Positions 53,666 to 62,441 of a stretch of DNA of 64,000 bases are shown here, piece by piece. Origin of the DNA: Candidatus Omnitrophota bacterium (GTDB lineage: Bacteria > Omnitrophota > Gorgyraeia > JACQQV01). The stretch is from positions 63,509-127,508 of the forward strand of contig JACQQV010000021.1 of the NCBI GenBank assembly GCA_016206785.1. Direction: 5' to 3'. The position numbers and the translations under genes were made by a program. Within the stretch, counting starts at the first letter, position 1, and every line of letters begins with the position of its first letter. The notes below the pieces were generated by a model. The model was not told the origin of the DNA and did no database searches. It saw nothing but the letters and a program-made list of their open reading frames with translations.

Positions 53666-54609
53666 TCGTCTTTACGCTCCTTCAAAGTTGCTACTGCACA
53701 GACGCCGCTCGCGGCAGTTGCCAGATACGGTTTCACATGTTTGAACAGTTTTACAACTCCTCCATCTGTATCCTCTTCAAAATAGCTCCCCAATGTGGGT
53801 TGGGACCAGACGGCGGCGGCAAAATGTCGCGTCGCACTCCGATACAAACGTTTACGATAGTACTCCTTCGCCAAGAGGTAATGGCGAACGGCCAGCCGTG
53901 TTTTCAAAAGAGGCGTATAGTATTTAAACATCGGGTCTCTCAAGAGTTTTTGAAATATCTTAATCTGTTCACCAAACATATGGATGAGGTTAGATGAGAG
54001 GCTCTGATTGGAAAGACGGTAGGTTGCGAGCGTTTCCCGGAGACCACAAAAGTCATACCTCGCCGCCAATCTCATCCAGAGATCGTAATCATCGGGACCC
54101 TTCAGGCTCTCATCAAAACCACCCACCGCTTTGATGCATTCCAGACGCGCTACCACCGTAAGCGTCGGAATAAAATTCATCTGCAGGAGTTCTTCGAGTG
54201 TCTCGGGATGAACCTTATCTGGCTTATTCCCGAGAAAATGCCCTTCATCGTCTACCACCTGTGCTATTGCATAAAGGAAGCCAAGCGTCGGACGACGTTC
54301 CAGAAATGCTACTTGCCGTTCCAGTTTTTCGGGAAGCCAGGAGTCATCATCATCAAGAAATCCCACATATGTCCCCCGCGCTTCCCCGATACCCCTATTG
54401 CGGGCTGCGGCGACGCCGCGATTGGTCTGGAAAAAGTAGCGTACGGCTCTCCCGAATTTCGCGACCAGATCGGCTGTCCCATCTGTCGAGCCGTCATCCA
54501 CCACAATCAGTTCCCAGTCCTGATAGGTCTGGTCCAAGACGCTTTGAATCGCCCTTGACAGAAGATGGGCCCGGTTATACGTTGGGAGTATCACACTAAC
54601 TTTTGGCAT
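53662..54609 (-). CDS. GT2 glycosyltransferase, 315 aa
   Basis: MPKVSVILPTYNRAHLL…VVDDGSTDGT… (classic GT2 DxD context). Confidence 0.8.
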   Translation of the reverse strand: MPKVSVILPTYNRAHLLSRAIQSVLDQTYQDWELIVVDDGSTDGTADLVAKFGRAVRYFFQTNRGVAAARNRGIGEARGTYVGFLDDDDSWLPEKLERQVAFLERRPTLGFLYAIAQVVDDEGHFLGNKPDKVHPETLEELLQMNFIPTLTVVARLECIKAVGGFDESLKGPDDYDLWMRLAARYDFCGLRETLATYRLSNQSLSSNLIHMFGEQIKIFQKLLRDPMFKYYTPLLKTRLAVRHYLLAKEYYRKRLYRSATRHFAAAVWSQPTLGSYFEEDTDGGVVKLFKHVKPYLATAASGVCAVATLKERKDE

Positions 54610-55768
54610 GGTTCATCCTTAAATAACGACCACTCTTTCGTTCTTTCCAGAACTCCTCTTTGACTGAAAATTTGTTCAATAAAGCGGAGAAGAGCACCTT
54701 TAAACGGGATATTTGACACGGGTGTCCAAAATAGTACTTCAGATAAAACGTAGCCCCGGGGCGGTCTTCGATGAGAATGCGCAACATCGCCTCGCGTGTC
54801 CGCCGGGCTTCCTTCGGCCAATGTTTAAGTAATTTTAAATAATCGCTTTCGGCATCCCGTATCAAATTGGCCAGGCGGAAGAGAGTATTGGAAACGTATG
54901 TTTCCTCCTCATTTTCCAACTTCTTTTCCTGACGGCGTATGAATTCCTGGGTCGCCTGCATGTCTCCTTTGGCGAACGCCTCCACAAGATTGTATTGATC
55001 ATGGGCAAGAAGGCTCCGCCTCGTAAGAGTTCTCTTTTCCTCCTCATTCTTTAGAAAGGAGGAACGATAGGCAAGGGCCTCATCGGTCACGCGTAGCCCC
55101 AGGCGGAGATACCTCCAAAGATCCCGCTGACGCAGTTGTATGAAATTGGATTGTCCATGTCGTCGGTGCGCAACGGTCCAAGCACGCAGACGGACCATTT
55201 GTGTCCTTGAAGAGAGACGGAGCCACAACGAATAATCGGACATCCCGGAGTGCTCTTCAGGCCAGCCTCCCGCCTCTTCCAGCGCTTTCCTTCGGAAAAG
55301 AGCGGTGGCAGGGGCGCAGCCCAATCCGTGCATCGGGTAAAATTCCCACGGATCAAAGGTCTCAACGCCCACATCAGAAAGGTCGTATCGCACATCGCTA
55401 CCGTCTTGAAAAGGCCGCATCTGCGCAACGGCGGCAGAAACTTCGGGATGCCTTTCAAGGGTTTCGTTCAATAACGCCAAATGTTCCGGATGCCAAAGGT
55501 CATCCTGGTCCAAAAATGCCACACGCTCTGCGCGGGTGTGGGAAAGCCCAAAATTTCTTGAAGCGGTTCCGCCCTTCTTGATCGCGGAATCCTTCACAAG
55601 AAAACGGACGCCTGGATAGCTTTTAATTAATTCCGGAGAACCGTCCGTGGAGCCATCATCGACCACAATGACCTCTTCGGGCTTAAGGCGCTGCGCAAAA
55701 ACCGAATCGAGAGTCTCGCGAATCCATTTTGCCCCGTTGTAAAGCGGAATAATGACAGCGATCGCCAT
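54596..55768 (-). CDS. GT2 glycosyltransferase, 390 aa
   Basis: MAIAVIIPLYNGAKWI…VVDDGSTDGS…FLDQDDLW…. Confidence 0.8.
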   Translation of the reverse strand: MAIAVIIPLYNGAKWIRETLDSVFAQRLKPEEVIVVDDGSTDGSPELIKSYPGVRFLVKDSAIKKGGTASRNFGLSHTRAERVAFLDQDDLWHPEHLALLNETLERHPEVSAAVAQMRPFQDGSDVRYDLSDVGVETFDPWEFYPMHGLGCAPATALFRRKALEEAGGWPEEHSGMSDYSLWLRLSSRTQMVRLRAWTVAHRRHGQSNFIQLRQRDLWRYLRLGLRVTDEALAYRSSFLKNEEEKRTLTRRSLLAHDQYNLVEAFAKGDMQATQEFIRRQEKKLENEEETYVSNTLFRLANLIRDAESDYLKLLKHWPKEARRTREAMLRILIEDRPGATFYLKYYFGHPCQISRLKVLFSALLNKFSVKEEFWKERKSGRYLRMNHAKS

Positions 55769-56721
55769 TACACTCCCTCTCTGTTCAAGTCAACCAAGTC
55801 TTCTATCGTTTCTTTCGATAGATACTGTTTCAACTGCCGCTCGGCAAACGCCTCTATCGCCGGGCCACGCTCCGGAAAGTGAGCGGCCGCATGGGAAGTG
55901 ATTAAAAGTCTCGGTGTCTTCCAGATGGAGTCGCTCTCCGAAACCGGTTCAGGAACGATCACGTCAAGGCCTGCCCCTCCCAGATGGCTTCCTCGTAGGA
56001 CTTTCACAAGCGCTTCTGTTTGTAGCGTCTCTCCCCGACCCACATTCACTAAAACCGCATGTTTAGGGAGTGACTGAAGCATCCCTTCGTCAAAGAGCGC
56101 TTCCGTGCTCGTATTTCGAGGGAGCGCAAGGAAACATAAATCTGCCTCTTTAAGATGCGTGGGCCAACTCTCAGCGTTGTAGCGGGCCTCGCAGAAAGGG
56201 GCCGCCAGTCCTTCTCCGCTACGCGAAGCCCCTATGACAAAAAGCCCCCGACTCTTTAAAATCTTTGCGATCTCCCGACCAATGTGGCTCATGCCGACCA
56301 CCATCGCCGTCTTGGGCGAAGGAAGTGGGGCAAGTTCCAAGTGCCATTTGGGTTGACTAGGACGTAGAAACTCATCTACCTTTCTTGTCACAAGACTATC
56401 GGAAAGTTTCAGTGCAAACCGGGCGATCACATCAGAAAAAAGGGTGCACCGTGACAGGATCACCTGTTTATCCCGAAGCATCTGAAGGGGAAGCCGATCT
56501 GTGCCGCCTGCGGTCGATTGGACCCATTTCAACCGGCGTACATGCGGCATCACCTGTCTTAAATAACGATGCCCGAAAATGACATCTGCCTCCTCTGCCG
56601 CCCGGATCGCCTCCTCCTCGGAATGTGCAACCGCGACATGGCTCTTTTGAGTGATCGCCTTCAATCTCGAGACGTGAGCCTCGCTCGGCTCATGGGTGCT
56701 ATACATTAAAAGAATATTCAT
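55768..56721 (-). CDS. D-isomer-specific 2-hydroxyacid dehydrogenase (NAD-binding)
   Basis: GMSHIGREIAKIL…GxGxxG-like NAD site and the catalytic R/E/H region (…VNVGRGETL…ITSHAA…). The likely start is MNILLMYS at about 56721. The track ORF starts at 56805. Confidence 0.75.
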   Translation of the reverse strand: MNILLMYSTHEPSEAHVSRLKAITQKSHVAVAHSEEEAIRAAEEADVIFGHRYLRQVMPHVRRLKWVQSTAGGTDRLPLQMLRDKQVILSRCTLFSDVIARFALKLSDSLVTRKVDEFLRPSQPKWHLELAPLPSPKTAMVVGMSHIGREIAKILKSRGLFVIGASRSGEGLAAPFCEARYNAESWPTHLKEADLCFLALPRNTSTEALFDEGMLQSLPKHAVLVNVGRGETLQTEALVKVLRGSHLGGAGLDVIVPEPVSESDSIWKTPRLLITSHAAAHFPERGPAIEAFAERQLKQYLSKETIEDLVDLNREGV

Positions 56722-57496
56722 GATGCAACATCTCCCGGATCGCTTCACAAAAACGCTCATGGTCCGCCGCTTTCGCTTCGGGTCCTCGCCGGCTACTCGC
56801 TTCAAAGGCGACGTGTATCGCCCGAACTTCGGCCACCAAGTCCCGATCTTTACATTCTTTTTTGAAGGTGCGTCGCATGAAGCTTAACCCGCACCCAAGG
56901 CGGGTTAACTCATGCAGAATATGCGTAAACCGAATCGGATATCCTCCCCCTAAAATGGTGACACCCCCAAATCCATACACTCTCCCTGGAAGCGCTTGGA
57001 AAATGCGCTCGACAGTCCCATCCAGAACGTATTCCCAAATCGATTTTCCCCCTTTTGCGATCATGAGGTCATTCAGTCCGATATAGACATACTCCCAGCC
57101 GAGTTTCGCAAGATCCCGACTCTCCGCCTCCAGTTGCGGCGTTTCAATTTGAACAAGGGTCTTTGCCCGACCTTTGACGATTTTAAGAAAGGACTCCACG
57201 TCCCGACAATTCCTTGCCATCGGAAGCATGAGGATCCTTGCGCCGTGGTCCAGTGCCGTTTCCACCTCTGTCGCGGTATGTGCCCCCGGACAATTGATCC
57301 GCACCGTCACAGGAATGTGCAGATGACTCGCGAGATTGGAGACATCCTCCGGCGAATCGCCGTTGATTTCAACGTCATACCCCTGCTGACGGCTCCCCTT
57401 TCCCTTCGTCTCCCAGTCCACAATGACGCTGTCAAGACCAGCGCGCTCTGCTTCTTGTGCGAGTGTCAAATCGGTTGTAAATAAAAATAATTTCAT
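56699..57496 (-). CDS. HpcH/HpaI aldolase / citrate-lyase-beta-like family protein, 265 aa
   Basis: TIM-barrel aldolase pattern (…VRINCPGAHTATEVETALDHGARILMLPMA…IETPQ…). This assignment comes from overall pattern rather than a single diagnostic motif. Confidence 0.6.
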   Translation of the reverse strand: MKLFLFTTDLTLAQEAERAGLDSVIVDWETKGKGSRQQGYDVEINGDSPEDVSNLASHLHIPVTVRINCPGAHTATEVETALDHGARILMLPMARNCRDVESFLKIVKGRAKTLVQIETPQLEAESRDLAKLGWEYVYIGLNDLMIAKGGKSIWEYVLDGTVERIFQALPGRVYGFGGVTILGGGYPIRFTHILHELTRLGCGLSFMRRTFKKECKDRDLVAEVRAIHVAFEASSRRGPEAKAADHERFCEAIREMLHHEYSFNV

Positions 57497-60400
57497 CTAT
57501 ACCTCTATAGACTTTACAAGAAGACGCTTCCCAGAGGGTTCCCGCGGGATCTCCGATACCGCTTTGGCGCCTACCGTGAAGTCTTTTCCGAAAAAACTTT
57601 GAAGATCGTGCTCGAGAGAGGCTCCAATCTGCGGTGTCCACTTTGAAGTCGGAACATAGAGAAATTGAAGCTCAGAGTCACCCCGCCGTACCGCCTGATA
57701 CTCCACGAGATGCGGCGTATAGTCATGCTGAATTTGCAGAAGGTGGTCAATCATACTCGAGAAAACGATGCGGCCGGAACGGGTTGTGATCCGATCCGAA
57801 GTCCTTCCTTCAATGTGTGCAATGGTCGGCCAGCTCCGTCCGCACCGACATGGTTCAGAGACGCGTACAAGGTCTCCTGTGTCATAGCGGATAAAAGGCA
57901 TTGCCTCGTTGGTGAGATCGGTGATGACGATGTGCCCCACCTCGCCCGAGTCTGCCGGAGAACCGTCCTCCCGCAGAATTTCACAGACGTACCATTCTGG
58001 ATTAAGATGCATCAGATCCGGAACGTCCGGGCAGGAGAACCCAACGGTTCCAAATTCCAAACTCGCATACTGATTGATCGTACCTGTTCCAAAAGCCTGT
58101 TCGATGAGCCTTCGCTGTGCTGTACTCATCGTTTCTGCCGTTGCGATCACACATCGGGGACGCCGCACCACTTTTAATCCCTGACGCTCAATCTCCTCTG
58201 CCATCACCAAAAGGGCCGATGTATAGCCTGCCAGAACATAAGAAACAGGTGCCCTTGTGATGCGTGCCAGATGAAAAGGCACAGTACGGGCCGAGAGATC
58301 AAAGACAGAGATGAAACGGGGTGGCTCCTGACCCAGCATCACCTTGAACCATTCCCCCACGCGCCGCTCACTTTTATGAAAAGGTGCGCCAATCCAAACA
58401 AGTCGATCACCTGGCTGGATTCCCGCCCACCGGTCAGCGAGACGACGGCATGCAATCCGCATCGGCATCCCCGCAATATCCCGATAGAATCGAAACGCCT
58501 CCCCTGTGGAACCCGAAGTAAATGCGAGGTGAAATCTTGATCTGTCCACCTTCTCTGCCACGCATCCCTGAGGAAAAACACGGGCAAGATCCCGTTTCGA
58601 AATAATCGGCAACCTTTTTAAGAGTTCAAACCCCTCTAAATTTTCTCCGCGACAGACGCTGCCATTCCACCGCTCTCGATAAAAAGGAACCTGGGTGACC
58701 GCATGGTGAATCAAGTGAGAAATCCGGGCAGCCACTCGTTTCTGTCGTTCTGTATCGTTTTCCCATTGCGAGCGGTCTAAGGCGATAAATTCTCTCTCTG
58801 TCCGAGCGTGTATCTCAGGACTCGTCTTCCACGGTTGACTGACAATATGCCGTGCCTCAAACCGACGCTGCCTTAACAACTGTACCGCTAGCGGAACCGC
58901 GGCCAACACCGTCTGGCGCATCGGCCGCGCACGTTCCTCAAGTGATTTCATGAGGGTGGAAGGTGTTTCATGAAGGAGAGTACCCATATGTTCGACGAGT
59001 TGGTCCGCTGTCAATCCTTCAAGCGGCAGGACGTGATGGCTTTGACCCATCGGTCTCATGACTCCCATCATTTTCATGGTGTAGTAGTCGCTGACACTGA
59101 CGGCGATTGCTGGTCTTGCGGTCGAGAGGGTAAAAAGGACACCGTGATACCGGGTTCCGATGACCAGATCCATTCTCCCTAAAATCCCCTTGATGACAGA
59201 AGGCGTGTGATCCCCTCGAACAATGAAAGAGCGTTCCCGATGCCGCATTCGGCCGATGATCCGTTTCGCCTCAACCCGGTCATCCTTGGCCGGATCCTGA
59301 TTCACGAACATCGGCACAAAAACGATAGCGGCATTGAAACGTTCCACTGCCTGATCGAATGCTTCTGCAAAGAGATCCCGCAAACGATCTTCGCTGAAGG
59401 AGCTGGTGGCCACGAAACGGGCCGTCACACCGATCCAAGGAGTGTGAGAGTGGGGGAAGAGGTCTTCCTGACGGAGGGCCGCTTCTACCGCCTCGGCAGG
59501 AACCGCTTCAAGCGCCCAAGCGTCGTCGGCGACGTCGAGAATCTTTGGACAGACGACGCCGATCTGTCGAAGCACCTCCCGGGAGATCCCATGATCGCGA
59601 AGGGTGATGACCTCTGCTCGGTTTAACGCAACGCGCGCAAACCACCGGTCAAACGGCCGTGTGAGGGGTCCAACCGTCTGACCGGAGAGGACCGACCGCT
59701 TTCCGAAAATCCGACCTGCTAAAATGACCAGCGCCCGGTGGTATAGACCCTCTGCCGCATAGAGGCTGTTCATCGCCCCAGCCCCCACCATGTAAAGCAA
59801 GTCTGCCTGCTGGATCGCCTTGAGGATGCGATCGGCTTGTGAGGGTAAGCACCATGTCTTGCCAAACGTCTTAAGGAAAAAAGCATTCAACAAGATCCAT
59901 CCCCCATAAGTGATCGCTTGGACGGTTGAGCGAATTTCCGAGATTCGAAATCGTCGGTGAGACGGAAGGACGAGATTCGCTATCCTGCTCAGACGAGTGG
60001 CAATGCCCCCCGCTCCCCTCGCCACCGCCTCTACGATAGGATAACCTGACTTTAGTAATCCTGTGAGGGAAAGAAGGACATCTGTCGGTTGATTGAGATC
60101 CGCCTGACGCACCTCTTCCGGTGTCAACTCCCGATGGATAAGAGTGACCGTACGGATCGGCCCAAACTCCTTTGCAAAGGCGCTCCGCGTGACGTTGTAC
60201 ATCGCATCATCCCCTCGGTTCCCTCGATGAGAAGGAGTCACGAAAAGAACCGTCGGTATTTTCTGAGAGACAGAGGCCGATGGCCTCCTGCCATGCATCA
60301 CTGTCCAACGTCCAACGGTCCTTTTTATCCTGAGGGGTCTGATGAGACTTAACACGGCATTCCGGGCTGTATGTTTGGCGCGCCGGACAAATCCGCCGGG

Positions 60401-61537
60401 AACGCTCTGGGTGCGATGGGGCGGGTCACTGACCGTCATAAAGAGGCCGCTAAAGTTAAATCCATTCTCCGCCAGGAATTCCGCCTGGCGATCGAGGACG
60501 GCAATGCGGCGCCTCAACCAATAGTGATAAAAAGGATCGACCTTTTCAGTGCGGAGAAGATGCTTTCCGAAAGAACGGCGCAGAGTTTCTGTCATCGGTC
60601 CTCTTCCTTCTTGCGCGTAGGCGCTGAGTTGAACTCCGAAGGAAAAAGGTAACACGACCAGAGGAGATCGCCACGTCGCCCTCGCGCGCCATCGCCCAGG
60701 AAGGAGATTCCATTCTAAAAGCCTGGAAGTCCACTCCACCGGAGAGACCCCCTCCAGTGATGCAAAAACAACCGCACCGCCATCACCCGTCGTCAGGAAT
60801 GCACTCTTCTCCCGAGAAACAGTCACCCATCCCTGGTCTCTGATAAATTGATCTACTGTAAAGATCGCCTCTCCCAAAACCTCTCCGACCCGAGCCAGGA
60901 GTACCTTTAAACAACTCATACGATCGGGGGAGTTTTTGAACCAGTCGCGCCGCAACAAAGCGACCTCTTCGATGAAGTGCGGGGTAGTGATTTTTCCGGT
61001 GACTGTTTGAAGCACTTTGAGACAAGACACCAGGTTATTCAGGAAAGCCAGGACGGCTCGGATGGAGAGTTCCGTCTCGCCCAACAGGCGGGCGTACCTT
61101 AACGCATGAAACCCGAGTTGGTCTACCGTATGAATCACGGACAATATCGCCGCCTCTTTCTCTGTATATACCTCCTGCATCAACACCTTCCCGTGAATAG
61201 GGCGAAGGCGTGGAAGAGGAAACGCTTCCTGGAGATGATGAAAAACGCTCTTTGGAACAATGCGAGGCTCCCCCCGAAATGCGACGTGACCGGCACCGAA
61301 AAGGGGCCGGGCTGAGAATTCCTCCGGGCGGCTCTTTGTCAACCGGTCCTCGACCACGCAGACCAGATCGAGATCGGAAATCCCCAGGATAGTCGGCTCG
61401 CCCTGTTGATAGACCGCCAAGAGCTCCGGTCGCTTCGCTAAGTGGCTCACAAAAACCTCACGGGCTTTCTCATAATCTTCCGGAGCAGCCAATGAGGGTT
61501 CCCCTATCCACCGGATTTGATCAAGATATTTTTTCAT
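57497..61537 (-). CDS. about 1350-aa tri-domain fusion: N-terminal nucleotidyltransferase-like, central polysaccharide pyruvyl transferase (CsaB/WcaK-like), C-terminal CapK/PaaK-like adenylate-forming enzyme (F390-synthetase family)
   Basis: The N-terminus is …ILGISDLDLVCVVED… (the GxSDxDL nucleotidyltransferase motif). The middle is …VLFVTPSHRGNRGDDAMYNVTRS…RDHGISREVL… (PS_pyruv_trans-like). The C-terminus is …HLAFTSGSTGEAFRF…YDTGDLV…GRTSDRI… (phenylacetate-CoA-ligase-like). The likely start is MKKYLDQ at about 61537. The track ORF starts at 61567. Confidence 0.75.
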   Translation of the reverse strand: MKKYLDQIRWIGEPSLAAPEDYEKAREVFVSHLAKRPELLAVYQQGEPTILGISDLDLVCVVEDRLTKSRPEEFSARPLFGAGHVAFRGEPRIVPKSVFHHLQEAFPLPRLRPIHGKVLMQEVYTEKEAAILSVIHTVDQLGFHALRYARLLGETELSIRAVLAFLNNLVSCLKVLQTVTGKITTPHFIEEVALLRRDWFKNSPDRMSCLKVLLARVGEVLGEAIFTVDQFIRDQGWVTVSREKSAFLTTGDGGAVVFASLEGVSPVEWTSRLLEWNLLPGRWRARATWRSPLVVLPFSFGVQLSAYAQEGRGPMTETLRRSFGKHLLRTEKVDPFYHYWLRRRIAVLDRQAEFLAENGFNFSGLFMTVSDPPHRTQSVPGGFVRRAKHTARNAVLSLIRPLRIKRTVGRWTVMHGRRPSASVSQKIPTVLFVTPSHRGNRGDDAMYNVTRSAFAKEFGPIRTVTLIHRELTPEEVRQADLNQPTDVLLSLTGLLKSGYPIVEAVARGAGGIATRLSRIANLVLPSHRRFRISEIRSTVQAITYGGWILLNAFFLKTFGKTWCLPSQADRILKAIQQADLLYMVGAGAMNSLYAAEGLYHRALVILAGRIFGKRSVLSGQTVGPLTRPFDRWFARVALNRAEVITLRDHGISREVLRQIGVVCPKILDVADDAWALEAVPAEAVEAALRQEDLFPHSHTPWIGVTARFVATSSFSEDRLRDLFAEAFDQAVERFNAAIVFVPMFVNQDPAKDDRVEAKRIIGRMRHRERSFIVRGDHTPSVIKGILGRMDLVIGTRYHGVLFTLSTARPAIAVSVSDYYTMKMMGVMRPMGQSHHVLPLEGLTADQLVEHMGTLLHETPSTLMKSLEERARPMRQTVLAAVPLAVQLLRQRRFEARHIVSQPWKTSPEIHARTEREFIALDRSQWENDTERQKRVAARISHLIHHAVTQVPFYRERWNGSVCRGENLEGFELLKRLPIISKRDLARVFPQGCVAEKVDRSRFHLAFTSGSTGEAFRFYRDIAGMPMRIACRRLADRWAGIQPGDRLVWIGAPFHKSERRVGEWFKVMLGQEPPRFISVFDLSARTVPFHLARITRAPVSYVLAGYTSALLVMAEEIERQGLKVVRRPRCVIATAETMSTAQRRLIEQAFGTGTINQYASLEFGTVGFSCPDVPDLMHLNPEWYVCEILREDGSPADSGEVGHIVITDLTNEAMPFIRYDTGDLVRVSEPCRCGRSWPTIAHIEGRTSDRITTRSGRIVFSSMIDHLLQIQHDYTPHLVEYQAVRRGDSELQFLYVPTSKWTPQIGASLEHDLQSFFGKDFTVGAKAVSEIPREPSGKRLLVKSIEV

Positions 61538-62441
61538 TAAATCTCCTAAACGGACGCCCGATCCCATACACCCACCGCTTTAAAAGTGGCGATACGATCG
61601 CTGTGTCGTATATCAAGTAAGCGGTGTTGACAATGGGAGAACGCTCCACTTTCTGATAGGCCTGCGGAGTCGTATTCGAGAGTTGGAGCATGTCGTGTGT
61701 TTCACCCCAGAGTATCTGCAATCCAATCGACCGGAATTTTCTGATCGTCCGCTCTCCCCCGTGGTTGGGCTGCATGGGACGCCTGGAATCTTTTCGTAAT
61801 GCCCCGTTGACAATTAAGATCCCATTTTCAGTTAAGGAGCCCCGAAGTTCTTTCATCGTCGCGATCGGATCCTCCACATGCTGGAGGACGTGAAAACAGG
61901 TAATCATATCAAACTTGTTCTTGGGAAGTGCGTTTTGCTTTAAGTCAAGAGATTCCGCTGAAAGCCCCCGCCGTTCAAAACGCCATTTGGCAAAATCCAA
62001 CATGCGACTCGAGATATCGGCGACCGTTGTTGCAATTCCCTCTCGGGCAAAAAAGATCGCTCCGGATCCCGTTCCAGCCCCATAGTCAAGATAGTGACGC
62101 ACGCCTAAACGCTTTGCCAGATCCAAGGCGTAGAGGTAAAGGAGGGGACTACTGTTTTCAGTTCTCATGGCGCTATTATGCATGACAAAGAAAATATGAC
62201 TGAATGACTCATCGTAGAACTTCGTTCGAGCGAGCGCGTCGTCCTGGCGCTTTTCTTCCCACTCTTTCGCAAACGCTTCTGTGCCGTTGTAAAAAAGTTT
62301 TTCTACTTCTGGCCGAGGAAGTTTCGAATACTCCTCTAGTTCGTCCAAAAAGTTTGTCACCACATCTTTACGCGGATTAAGACAAATCCCCTTAACCCAC
62401 TGCTGACGATAGACGGTGACATCAATAGAATTTCCCATCAC
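61521..62441 (-). CDS. class I SAM-dependent methyltransferase, 306 aa
   Basis: …HYLDYGAGTGSGAIFFAREGIATTVADIS… (motif I) and …FDMITCFHVLQHVEDP… (post-I/motif II). Confidence 0.75.
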   Translation of the reverse strand: MMGNSIDVTVYRQQWVKGICLNPRKDVVTNFLDELEEYSKLPRPEVEKLFYNGTEAFAKEWEEKRQDDALARTKFYDESFSHIFFVMHNSAMRTENSSPLLYLYALDLAKRLGVRHYLDYGAGTGSGAIFFAREGIATTVADISSRMLDFAKWRFERRGLSAESLDLKQNALPKNKFDMITCFHVLQHVEDPIATMKELRGSLTENGILIVNGALRKDSRRPMQPNHGGERTIRKFRSIGLQILWGETHDMLQLSNTTPQAYQKVERSPIVNTAYLIYDTAIVSPLLKRWVYGIGRPFRRFNEKIS

